Shown one piece after another: positions 28,801 to 40,578 of a stretch of 64,000 nucleotides of DNA. The notes below the pieces were generated by a model. That model was not told the DNA's origin and made no database searches. It saw only the letters and a list, made by a program, of their open reading frames with translations. The DNA is from Balanoglossus misakiensis (lineage: Eukaryota > Animalia > Hemichordata): assembly GCA_040954595.2 (NCBI GenBank), contig CM082586.2:1307124-1371123 (forward strand), written 5' to 3'. The position numbers and the translations under genes are program-made. Within the stretch, counting starts at the first letter, position 1. Each line of letters starts with the position of its first letter.

Positions 28801-31093
28801 TTCTCTTGGAATGGAGACATACTCAAACTTTAGAAAACCATTATCGTTGCAATTGTAACCTAACTTAGGTCCAATGTCCCCAGCTGTGATTCCTGAAAGG
28901 AAAATCAGTAGATGTAAATCGGCAGAGGCTTTTCATTTTGAAATGTATTGTACAAACCCAGGCTAATATGAAGTCACATTTTCATGATAAGCCATGACAT
29001 CTTTTCTTGTGCAGTAACCTCAAAATATGACAACAATTCATGGAAATTGCAGTTACCTGGTAAGAGTGAGTGGTCTTTCAGACTCCTTAACTGAACAATA
29101 AAAGGATGGATACCATGACAACGACCTTGGCTGTACAACTGGGCCATGACAATGGTGTGAGTGGACGTCTTGCCACCTAGAAGGAGATAAAAATGTAAGG
29201 ATGAAAAATTCCAAAGTGTAATGATTTCATCATCAGTGGCTGTACAGGACATGTCAAGCAGAATTTGACTTACTCCACCCAGGCCACCATTTTGTTGCAG
29301 TCAGAGTTGGACTATGCACAATGAAACATTCTCTCTCAGGGTAATAGGTAGCTGTAGTTTCCAAACCTCTGATGAATGATCCTGTAAAAAAAAAACAGAA
29401 CAGTTCATATCTTAATGACGATGTTGTGTATATACAGATCAATTATATAAAGTTATGTATTCTATCAAAAGCAATCAATGAGTATCAGCCAATGCCCTGG
29501 ATAGAACAAATATGACACTAGTAGTATACGTGTTGATAGTTCTATTTGAAGACATATGCGAACAAACACTTATGCATTGTTCAACAGGAAAGCCAGATGT
29601 GAAAGGATTTAAGGTCAAACAGGGGTCGTCACGACCATGCTGTGTTACCGTGTCCCAGTTCAGTCTGTGCGTAAGTTCCAATGATCTCCAGATTCTCCAC
29701 CATCGGCAGCCACTTGCGACACTGCTCTTCAGTTCCTTGGCTTTGAAGTGTTGTGGCGAACATCACGTGGCTGAGTGTCAGGGCGTGGCTACCCCGCAGT
29801 CTCATAGCAGCACTGAAAATGTCAAAAATACAGAGAGTACGAAAAAATCAGCCTCACGGTCAACAGGCTGCAAAAACAAAATGGTTCACCCACAAGTGCT
29901 TGGGGTTGCCGGTGTACATGCATAATAGAACGTGCTTGTACACCTGTGGGCCCACCAATGAGAGTGGGAACTTTCTTGCATGTGATTACTGTATAATGTA
30001 CTTGGTGTTTTGTCAAAGATAAACAGGCAATCACCAATTCAAGAATAGTTGCATTGATGGACTTACTCTCTAAGCCACATTCTTTCTTCCAAATCTTGCA
30101 AGTTGAATTTCCGTATCCATTGCTCTATCTGCACTCCATTCCTCACTGCCAGACTGTACTGCTCATCCCTGGTCAGGAAAGCCGGGTCAACGTCATTCTT
30201 GAGGTCAGGATTATTCAAAGCTAAGGACTCTGGGTAGAATATGAGAAACAATATATCGTGTGAGGAGTTAATCGCGTCGTTGTTTTCTTGCAGGAAAGGG
30301 GCAATGAAAATTATAGACATCAACACAGAATTAATCTACCGAAGATAACCTAACTACAAGATACCAAAGAAAAACGTGAAAGCTGTTCTTCAAGATGTCG
30401 AAAACAGAGTTCATGGTTCTTGTGCACAAAGGTAGTTGGTTGGCCATTTGATGATGCAGTTTAGCTGAAAGAAATGCTGACAAAAAGCCATGGACAATCT
30501 CTGCAACATATCCTTGATGGGCAAGGCTGGAATCATTCCCCAAAGGGCTTTGAACCTCTTTTGGGGGCAGGGCTCATCAAAGGTAATGCGTTCCTTAGTC
30601 CTTGATTGTGAGCAATACAAAGCATATCAAGTATAATACAAAGCTTAGCCCTTTATATATTTTGAATGAGGCCTTTGACCAGTTCTGGGATATCAAACGT
30701 TTAGTAAATTAGGAGCAACCTGTAGGAGCTCTGACAATCAGGGGCTATCTCTTTGTTTGTTTTGAAATCTCGTAAATAAGATATTAAGATCCAATAAACA
30801 CTTTCTATTTTAAGTGGGGTGCACGACAGACCGGAGAAATTTAACTTAATAAGAAAGCCTCATATCCCATCTGAAAATTGCGCAAGCAGCACTTTCTACA
30901 GTAAATAATTTACATGAATACATATAAGAGACATTTCGGAATCTTGGAGATAAGACCTACCCAGGTATCGACGACGCTTTGTCTTGTCAGGACCACCGTC
31001 CCTCAGGTAAGTCAGTTGGAGAGGCTCAAAGGTGGCGCCCGCTCTCTCTCGAACCAGGTCACTGTTTACAGTTGTTGGTCGGTCGTTCGCCAT
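25869..31093 (-). CDS. ACOX1: Peroxisomal acyl-CoA oxidase 1-like, paralog D (most divergent motifs)
   Basis: Starts [22 protein letters not shown]; [40 protein letters not shown]. Ends LTAKSKL* (PTS1). Confidence 0.92.
28021..28085. repeat. Degenerate 11-bp intronic minisatellite (CAGAAACRTGT)n, about 5-6 units
   Basis: cggaaacatga cagaaacatgt cagaaacgtgt cagaaacgtgt aagaaacttat. Confidence 0.6.
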
Positions 31094-31170
31094 ACTGCAA
31101 CTGTGGTGTAACTGAGATTACATGTTACAGGGAGGATGGTTCTGTTGTGGGCCTGGAGAAGTCAAGGCTG

Positions 31171-31186
31171 AGGTCATATTGGGTCA
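31171..31186 (+). promoter_or_regulatory. DR4-type nuclear-receptor element between ACOX-D and the divergent small gene
   Basis: AGGTCA-tatt-GGGTCA about 80 bp upstream of the ACOX-D ATG. Confidence 0.45.
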
Positions 31187-31960
31187 TAATAAAGCTTACC
31201 ACTTGGAGTGGGTTATTGAATCTTAAGTGGCATAGTTCCATGAGGGCGCTATAGGTATAGAAATTGGCGCAGCGCAGATCTTAACATGTTTGTGTGCCCT
31301 GCGGCATTTTAAAGTATGCCAATAGAATGAACACAATTGGGTCGGGGAGAACGAATAATGGAATGGGTTTCTCAAGTGGGGTTTTAAAAATGCCCTGGGA
31401 AAATAAAATGGGGTTAATCCATGCAAAGCAGATACATGTATCGCACCGAATGAATGAGAAAATGATTCTTTTATAGTTTTTTTTTATAAACCTACATGCA
31501 TTATCCCAGATTGTCCACCATTTATAATGCACATTACATAAAATTTGTCATCGTCTACCACTTCTTCCGTTATGCCATTATTACTTACACGCGCTTCCTC
31601 GTAATTATTTGCGCGCACTCATCCGTAAGCTGGTTCATCAAATATTCACATTTCGTCGTTATCACATTGATCAAAATTTATTCAAAGGGTCATAGCAGGT
31701 GTTAATCATCGACTAGATACATTATTTATTTTATGGAGCACTGTGGCCGGTCTGTTCTTTGAGTGGCTTTGGAAGCACGCGCCTTGATCTCGAGGAGATT
31801 TCAAGTTGGTCCATAAACCACACAGTCTTGGATTGAAGCAGTATCGCGTGTTCTGAAGCACGCGGCACATCGGTCAGCGTGCACGTGCCCCTAAGAGTTT
31901 TCAAGTTGTCGGCAGATCATCGAGACCGACCTGTGGACCCACAGACACTCGACAGCAAAC

Positions 31961-32206
31961 ATGGCGGACGAATGGAAGAAGGCAAAACTGTTGGCTCTCT
32001 TTTACTTCTCTCTCCCAGTTCTGACTTTCATGTTGTGCTTTGCGTGTCCGTCTCTGTTCGGCACGGGACTTTACAATAAGAGTATAGTTGCAATGGTTGC
32101 ATGCGTCATCTCGGTTCTAGGCGTGCGCCGTCTGCCTCGAGAGAGACCAGGGCCGAGAGCTCCTGTACCGGCGCCCAAACACCCGGACAGAAAGAAACGG
32201 GACTGA
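31961..32206 (+). CDS. Small 2-TM protein with C-terminal KKxx (VMA21-like architecture)
   Basis: Good start context (aaacATGG); two hydrophobic segments; ends RKKRD*; a splice donor (ag|gtacgt) lies just after the stop. Confidence 0.6.
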   Translation: MADEWKKAKLLALFYFSLPVLTFMLCFACPSLFGTGLYNKSIVAMVACVISVLGVRRLPRERPGPRAPVPAPKHPDRKKRD

Positions 32207-33265
32207 GGTACGTATACCAGTCCCAATCAGGTGACATGTGACACCTGTACCATATATTTCATGGACAATTGTGTTCCATAGGGTTAATAACTTAATGACT
32301 CAACAAGTGCGGTTTGGAGAGAGAAATATATACCAGACGCGTGATGCGCATGGTAACATTGAATTTATTCTGCTGGATTATGACCATATCAAAAATTACA
32401 TATTTACTTAACTAGGATGACTGTAAATACACTGTGCTCTGGCGATATATTACAAGACGACGAGTTACAATATTTGGTCAGGTCATCACCCCTAACCCTA
32501 TTTTGTTCATTGACGTCAATTAATTATTTAAACCAAATGAGTTCTGCACTCGGTGGTGTCGCCGGGGGCGTAGATGTGATGCAGCTGTTGATACGAATAT
32601 GATCTATCTCTACAATTCACCTGCCATATTATTTATTTCACACACTAGGCTTACAACGATTGTCAGATATATGTGTTGGTGACCAGAAGACCTTTCAACA
32701 TGTGACGCTCTGCATCTGCGTGACGGGGTTCGTCACCAAAGAGCCATCAAGAACATGTTATCTGCATGGGTCACAACGCTGTCATCGTAAGACCATTTTT
32801 GAATCCCGCCCAAGGGATGATAGAAGGAAAATGGAGCATCGAAAATATGTGACGGGTTTGTTTTAATTGACAGAAATCGGTCATGTCAATGCCCACTGTA
32901 TCACAAGTACATCAATGCACCTGTTGAACACATATTTGAAGAATCCATTGACACGGAACTGACCAATCAAAAGGAACCTCACGACACCGCTGCACATCGG
33001 CCCAGTGGCATTACTGCCGAGGCCAGGGAACCAATCTCAGGACTGCCATCTAGTACAAGAGCCTAGCATTAGTATTCATTTCTGCAAAGCGTATTAATAA
33101 CTAATATTTAATTATTAAAGTATGAGGATAATGGTGACTCGTAATCAATACTAAATACTGTTGTCCGCCTCGTTAATTTTGCATAGGTTAATTTTGCATT
33201 GTTCAGCACTGTATGAAAACTGGAGAATGTTTCACATCAGGGATCCGTGGAAGGGGATATATTAA

Positions 33266-34251
33266 GGTAGTTGGAAAGGCTAGGGCGTCAGTTAAAATGT
33301 CATTTAAAAACACTGAATTTATATCTAGAAATGTATTAGAGAAAAATTAAACTCATGAAAAATTCGGGGCAATAAACGTGTAACAAGATATGGCTGGTTT
33401 TATTATACCTAATTTCATACATCTGGCAAGGAAGCTAGGGAGCCTTATTTGAGCGCCCTCTAGGGGAAGACTTCTCCTAGGCTATGCGCACAAGGACGGG
33501 TTCCCCTAGCCAAGGGCATTTAAATGTAACTTGCAAACACTGATTCTTGCAATTTTCAACGATAGATAACCTTGCTTGTTTATTAAAGGCTGCCAAATTA
33601 TGGACATTTTTGCATTTCTAGGGAACCCGAAAAGCCAGCGGAAAAGCGTTTGACCCAGATAAATGCGATCCTTCGCCGTGAACTGCCGCTAAACTTTGCG
33701 TATTTCGCTACTTTTCTGCCCTTCGCCATAATGTAATGGTTTTTATTTGTGATTGAATTGGTATGCCAGATAATTTTTTTATCATGAAACTTTCAGGAAA
33801 GGCTCGGGACATCCCAAAGAACAATTTTACGGGACAGTTTTTTCATAAGTTTTCCCGTTGTGTTTTGGCAGCACGTTAAAGTTGTATACAAAATATCAAC
33901 AAAAACTGTGTTTTCGTGAGTGATAACTTTGAAAAAAATAAGTTTATGCTGAAAGTGTCCCGTACATTGCTGGAGGGGTTGCTTAATATTAAAATGAATA
34001 CAAATTATTCAATAATTTGTGAAAACATGTCAAGATTCAATCAATATTTTGTAAAATTATGAATATTTATATTTAGGCGTATCAAATTTCATAATTTTAG
34101 CAGATATTTTTACAGTCATATTTTTCCCTCACTTTTGAGTTTGTTAAGAATACATGCTGCAAATTTCAAGTCATTATCTTTATTCTAACTTGTGAAAATA
34201 AATTCACAAACATTGAGAGAATTTGCTTCAAAAATAGCCTTTCCAACTACC
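33266..34251. mobile_element. Non-autonomous DNA transposon, Kolobok-like (TTAA TSD, purine-start TIR)
   Basis: Perfect 17-bp TIR GGTAGTTGGAAAGGCTA / TAGCCTTTCCAACTACC; TTAA at 33262-33265 and 34252-34255; 986 bp with no ORF. Confidence 0.88.
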
Positions 34252-34270
34252 TTAAATGGGAGAGTGCAAT

Positions 34271-35499
34271 CTAGTTTCTGTACAGAAGATGGCCATGAAA
34301 CACAGTGAAGCGGTTTCCACCGACTACAAAGTCTTCATTCATTCCGAGCTCAAGATGAACAGTGTCGTTGACGGAGAGCCCCAGAAGAATACTCTGGCTC
34401 TGAACGATCTCTCCGAGCTCTGCGTACAAACCCGTCTCCCACTTCCCGTTCTTGACGAGTCTGACGAAAGCACGCCCTCCCGGTACGACGCAGATGGAGA
34501 AAAAGAACTGATAAATACCGGCAACCCGACAGGTGAATTCTCCCGTTGCTGGGTCCATCTCTCCCGTGTTGATGTTCACGTTGTCGTAGGTGATCACGAC
34601 GAATCGAGACGAGTTCCCCCTCTGTTCGAACTCTCGAGCGACCGAGAAAGCAGAAATTCCCGTTTCTGTGGAGAAAAAGGGGTGTGCATCGCCATAAATT
34701 ACCAGAAAGTTTGAAACGAATAAAATTCCCAACAACACAATTCCAGTGAAGTGTAGTATTTGGCCAATGAGGTCGCTGTTGAACGCCACGACTTGCTAAG
34801 TCTTATATTATTATACAAGCTGAACATCGACCCGTCCAAGTGTTCTCTCAGTGTGCGATACATGTCCTAGGCTGAATAAGCTGTTAAAGTAAAGCGAAAT
34901 AAAACGTCAAGCTTACCAATTTCTTGTGATCTGCCTAGAGTTCTTTCAGTGGAGGCCATCGTTTCTGTTTTGTGCGCGCGATCGCCAAGCCTTTCCCGGA
35001 ATCTTTCCGAAATCTGTCCCGATTCTGCCAGTTGCTCCCGCAAATCGACTGCCTCTTCTTTCATCTGTGTCATTTCCTCTTTCTGTTCTCTGACGAGTCG
35101 TTTCAATATTTTGTTTCTCGACTTCAGCGCTGATACTTCCTTTCTGATTTCCTTCGCGCTTCGCTGCGCGTTTCTGGACAACACCGTCACCCGTCGTTCG
35201 TGACTGGTAACCTGCCCGTCCATTCTCGCTCTGTCGCGCTCAAGCCCCGAGACTTTCTCTTCCAGTCGGGCGTTCCTGGCGATCATGTCGGCCACCGTAG
35301 AGGCCAGGTCATTGTTTCGGTTGATGACTTCTGCCAGTTGGAGTAGAAGCAGTTTCCCGTCGAGGTTGTCTAGATGGTCGATGCTCTGATTCTGTTCCGC
35401 GAGGCGCGAAACTGAAGTTGATGAATGGATGGGGATTATGAACGGGACGAGTATCATCAGAACCCGTGATGCAGTAAGCCAGCGCGTACGCAGTAACAT
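34271..35499 (-). CDS. C1q domain-containing protein (hydrophobic N-terminus, coiled coil, globular C1q), 2 coding exons
   Basis: Exon 35499-34917 is a heptad-rich coiled coil; exon 34665-34271 has SAFSVA, YDNVNIN, DPATGEFTCRVAGIYQFFF, LVKNG and TVFHGHLL. Confidence 0.88.
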
Positions 35500-38400
35500 C
35501 TTCTGGAAATGAGAAGGGAGGAAAAAACATGTTACCAGGCATGTGTATTGATAAATAGTATGTCGAATCAACAGGTGGTTTCCCGGTTGTTTGCAAGGTT
35601 AAAGCAACATGTGCGCTGAAACTTCTCAAGCAATGCAGCAGGGAGGTGGGTGTGGATCTGACCATTTGCTCGGAGGTCAAGGTAAGTTTTTATTTCTTAA
35701 AAATAGAACAGAGAATTCCAGAAAGAAAGCGGGAGAGGGTGTCTGTTTGCGGTATATCACCAACCGCGGCTGTACATGTGTATACCGTCAGCGATTTTCA
35801 AAGAAAAGCTTGCTTCCCCCTAGATTTGTTTTGTTTATAATAAAAAGCATGGGCCTAACATCCCTATGTGAGAGAAACAGCGCTCGGACACAGCCATTGT
35901 CTCCTCCCACACACTGACTGTCAGCTGTGAAAGTTTACAGTTTACAGAAATGTTGGTTCTGTTTCCTTAACGAGAACAGAGAATGCTGGTAGCGGAGAAT
36001 GGACAACGGCGCAACAACCTTGCCCGAAGAGCTGGTAGTGGCCGTTGCTACGGTGACGACGGCGCTGCCCCTGCACCAGAAACAATGGCCTGGCTGTGCC
36101 GCTTTCACAACAACGCTACTGGTGCAAGATTGAATATTTGTTCCTCTCTCCACGGCCCTGTACGAGAGGAACGCCATGCTCGGTGCCAACCTAGAGACAC
36201 AACAACGCAAGGCTTTATTAAACATCGCAGGCCTGATTAAGAGACTTCCGACGCGACAGGCTTTGGTATCACACAGCGATCAGGTCCTTTGTCTTTTAAG
36301 TCCGCTCGTGACTTCAAAATATGAGTGCATTTAAACGGACAAATGGTCAAGAAAAGTGTGCCGTACTTTTAACCTATATATCATGACGAGGGTCACACTG
36401 AATATGATGTAAGAAAAAGATAAACCGTATTAATTAGGTCGGCAACTTCGGCCAATTTTCACACTTTCGGATAAATACCAAACTCAAAAAACTACATCAA
36501 AGTAAAATATGTTGTTTGTGGAGGTTTCTACGTTGTCATCAAAGAAACAAACAGCAACAGGACTTTGAAAAGTGCAGAAAACATTTAGCTCCATCTTTGA
36601 AACAAACTAATCTGTTACAAATCAAATCGCCTCCAAATATTTGTCTGTTGTTTTTTCTGGGTCTTACCGGCAATTAGTTCACTTGATTTCCGTTGCAATC
36701 ATCGCAAGTTAGGTGTACCGGATGCATTGTACCGCTATACGCTCGATTAGATAGCAACAGTATACCTTTAATTAGTGGTACAATATACCTGTAGTGGCGT
36801 GCAGTCCTCTCAAGCCCAGAAATATTTTCGTTTGTAATGTTATTTTCTGAAATGGGTCTCACAATAGTCCGTCAAAATACGCGTGAATGATTGCATTACC
36901 TGTTGCATGGTTCAGTCCGCGTCGGCAGCGAAACGTGCCGCGGGACGCTGACCAATGATCTAACCGCCGATAAAACGGACAAAACAGGTCGGCATGGCTG
37001 CAGGGCGTGAGTTAGTGACTCGGTTACGCGGATACGGCCGATGCTGACACGCATATCGGGTGTCTGTTTTCATCCCTGTCACCAGTCGCGTCGCCCGACT
37101 GAACAAACTGGAGTGCCGTGAAATTCGATAAAGCAACAAAGACGATGGTGCAGAAAATGCTTATGCCGATCGGAGGAAGCTAAGAATCATCGCCATATAC
37201 CTATCACAAACCGGCAGCATTTTTCAGCATATACATGCACATGTTCATGAATTGGGGGATTTCTAAGGAAAAATGCCAATAAAGCCCAACGCTTCACAGC
37301 GTGCGCGTCCGTGTACTCTGCGCCTACGTCATATTAAAAACTCGGTTTCTTTTCTAATGTACAGCAAAGTCGTTTATAATTATTTAAAAGTAATAGGGTC
37401 GTTACTTACGATTGTGAACGTCCGCTCCGCTCAGCAGCTGGTGTGATTTTCCAAAACAAGAGTGAAAATACCTGGTGTTTACTCAGCAATGGGGAACGCT
37501 ACTGAAATTGTGAAGATTGAAACCATCCATAGTCACCTCACGTTCCTCGGGGTGGAAGTTATGCAATGGCTGAGTTCCTCCGTAAGACGAAATGAAAACA
37601 AATCTTGCACACTTTTTCAGTTCTTCACGGTCACGTGGTTCACAGCAGCTAGTTTGGAAGAAAGTCGGTTAAAAATAGAAGTGAGCGGTTTTCTATAGAG
37701 TGGAGCTTGTCAGGTGTCACGGGAACACCTGTTGATTATCATGCAAGCTAGGCTGTCAACACACAAATTACCGGTGTTGTTTTTAATTAAGTCGATTCGT
37801 CTCTCCTTATTCGGCGACCACGGCATCTGCAGTGCGTACATTCAGTGGAAACTATTTGCACCTGTGTGTATTAAAAACCTTTACGACACGTTCAGATAAT
37901 ACGTCAATTGTTCGGGGAGACATTTGACAAATTTTATTTACCGTTTACTAAATGATGTCGGTGGTATATCGATCTTGTTTGGCGTGAATAAAATGAAACA
38001 ATCTTTCCTTTTCAAGCGATATAAGAAAATCCTTTGTTTTTTGTTATTAAAGCCCCAGTATTTCTCGTGTGCATCCATTTTTCATCATCGAAAAAAGCCC
38101 GTTTTTCCTGTACATTCATCATGGAATACTACATAATGAAGATAGAAGAAAGGTTTGGGCAACTGTAGCTACGTGCAAGCTGTAAATATTGCCCGTAACA
38201 CTTGAAATGATGCGCGGGTTTGTTTACAACGGAAATGTTGTACATGTCGATCAGCAAACGTGCCACTTTGACATTTTGATGGTCAGACCATTTTCAGATT
38301 TGATCTGGTTCCATCGACTGATTTCTCCCATAAAGTTATCTTCCCAAAATTTCGCCGAATTAGTGCGCATTTCTTCGCTGAGTCGCTTGATTTGGGGCGA

Positions 38401-38835
38401 CCAAACCTCTTCCGCATAGATTCACATTTGAGTGCGCATGCGCACTAGTCACGTGTGTCAACACTCACGTGACTTTCTGTCCGGACAGAAAGTCATTCTT
38501 CACTCGTTATATTGTAAATTGTATGAGTTTATGAGCAGAGCTGGGGATGATGACTGTTCGATTCAGTATCAATTATCATCTACTTTTAGAAATTATAGAT
38601 GCCGTTTCAAACAAAATTTTGCCCCTACGAGAAATACTGTGGCTTTAATTATATATTGGAAGCAGACGACAAAGAAATGTCGACAAGTAGAGATCATGGG
38701 GTCACAGAGGTAACTCGGGAGGGGGGGGGATCTTTGGTCAGGATCTGACCATGAAGAGAATCCATGTTCAGATGCTCTTTGAACATTTATTACGTCTGAT
38801 TTTCAAGAGATTCGCAATGGGTGTATTGCTCACGA

Positions 38836-40578
38836 TTACAGTTCTAGTTTTTCTCTGACATTGGAATACGCAGTCTTCGGTTGGTCAGCGAACGGCTTCT
38901 TGGCCATGTAAATGTGGTCCATGTAAGAGTAGGGTATCTCTGTCAGATTAACAAATCCTATGTCCTGCATGGCGAAGGGGAGGGCTAGACTCTGGTACTC
39001 CGCCATGAATGGCTCCGGTCCCATTTCCGGTTCCGGGCTGTCCCAGGCAACGCCACCTGTTGCCTGTTTGACGGCCATATTTCGCAGGAAAGGGTTGTAG
39101 CGGTAAGGCACTGTTTAAAGAGAAAAGAAATTGGGAGTGAATGACTATGTTCACATGTGATTATGGTGTCACACACAAAATCCCGCCTCTTTTATCAAGA
39201 AGCCTACAGAAAGATGATTTGGTAGGACATAATGTTAATAGCTGCTACGATCATACTTTCACGAGCACGTGAGGGTTCTCCGTCTTACCTTCGAACCCAC
39301 ACAGGGCGCCACCAGGTGTCAGAAGTCGGTACGCCTCTCTTAGGATTTTTCGGCTGTTTTCAGCCGGCATTTCGTGAAGGACGTAGGTGAAATGAATGAC
39401 GTCGAATGACTCCGGAGGAAAGGGCGTACTCTCGGCGTTTGCTTGGTAGAATTGGGTGTTGGTTGAATTTCTCTGCGATTTCCACTGACGACAGAATCTG
39501 CAATTATAAAAGTGAAATTATATGGAGTGTGTATGGCATATATCACCCCTGTTCGTTCAGGGATGAAAATACAAAGACCACATTCAGAAAGCAATTGTTC
39601 GAATCCATCCATCCTGCATAAAAGTGGTGATACTCACCTCACGAACGGTGCAGACAGGTCTATGCCAACGACTTCAGCACCGGGGTACAGATCGGCGTAA
39701 GAGAAGGCACTGTAACAGTTCCCCGTGCCAACATCCAACACACGTCGTGGAGGTTCAACATGGAGTTTCACCAGCCACTCGCGAATTTTCCCTTCGGAAA
39801 CAAAATTAAATTTCCCCTCGCCCGCGTAGTAATACCTCGGGGTGCGACCATTGACGTAGCCGCCGGGGGTGAAGTGGGGACTCTTTTTTGTGTAGTGATA
39901 GGGGTACTCTGTGGGACTTTGTATTCCGGGGGCCCAAACGTCTCGGTCGTCGGGTTCGCCGATGCTGTAATCCGGGGTCTGTAGTGTGTAGTTGTGGATG
40001 AACTCAACGAATTTGCCGATGCTCCAGTCCTGAAGACGGAGCGATTTCAGATAGATGTACGTCTCGAACGGGAACTCCGGGTGGAGGGCGTCTTTCATCT
40101 CGATCACCGGCGGTTCCGGTGGGAACTCGGGCAGCCGCGCCATGATGATGGTGTACATGAAGGCGAAGTAGCCAGAGAACCAACCAATCCCGTCCCCGTC
40201 CCAGTTGATCCCCAAAAAGTCGTGCATCAGAGTTGATCCCAGGACGTCTCTGTTCTTGAAGACGTCCTGCAGATACGAGCTCAAAGATTCTACACTGACA
40301 TCCTCACCTGTCGGAAGCTCACGCTTCTGCTCCTGGGCGAGCTTGTCGTTCAATTTGACGAACTCCTCGTATTGACGATGAATGACGCCATCTTGTAGTT
40401 CTCCGGAGTCCTTGAGTTTGACGACAAAATCTATGCGGTAGACGGGGAAACCACGCAAGTCCGGCGGGCCGAGCGAAGAGACGACAGCCGATACTGGGTC
40501 CGCATTCAATATCTTTGGTGGCAAATACGACCCAGACGACAGTGAAGACAGCAAAAATATCAAGAAGACTTCCTTCAT
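38836..40578 (-). CDS. Signal peptide + PX-like domain + class I SAM-dependent methyltransferase, 474 aa, 3 exons
   Basis: Exons 40578-39638, 39497-39289 and 39110-38836 splice in frame through GT-AG. Motif I RRVLDVGTG, VVGIDLSAPF, ANAESTPFPPESFDVIHFTYVLHEMP, AYRLLTPGG. Confidence 0.85.

Noticed and set aside
34256-34714. 152-aa plus-strand ORF
   Set aside because: Antisense shadow of the C1q exon; no recognisable motifs.
36240-38720. Several 60-90 aa ORFs in the C1q to methyltransferase spacer
   Set aside because: Random-looking composition and no splice chain or domain signature.
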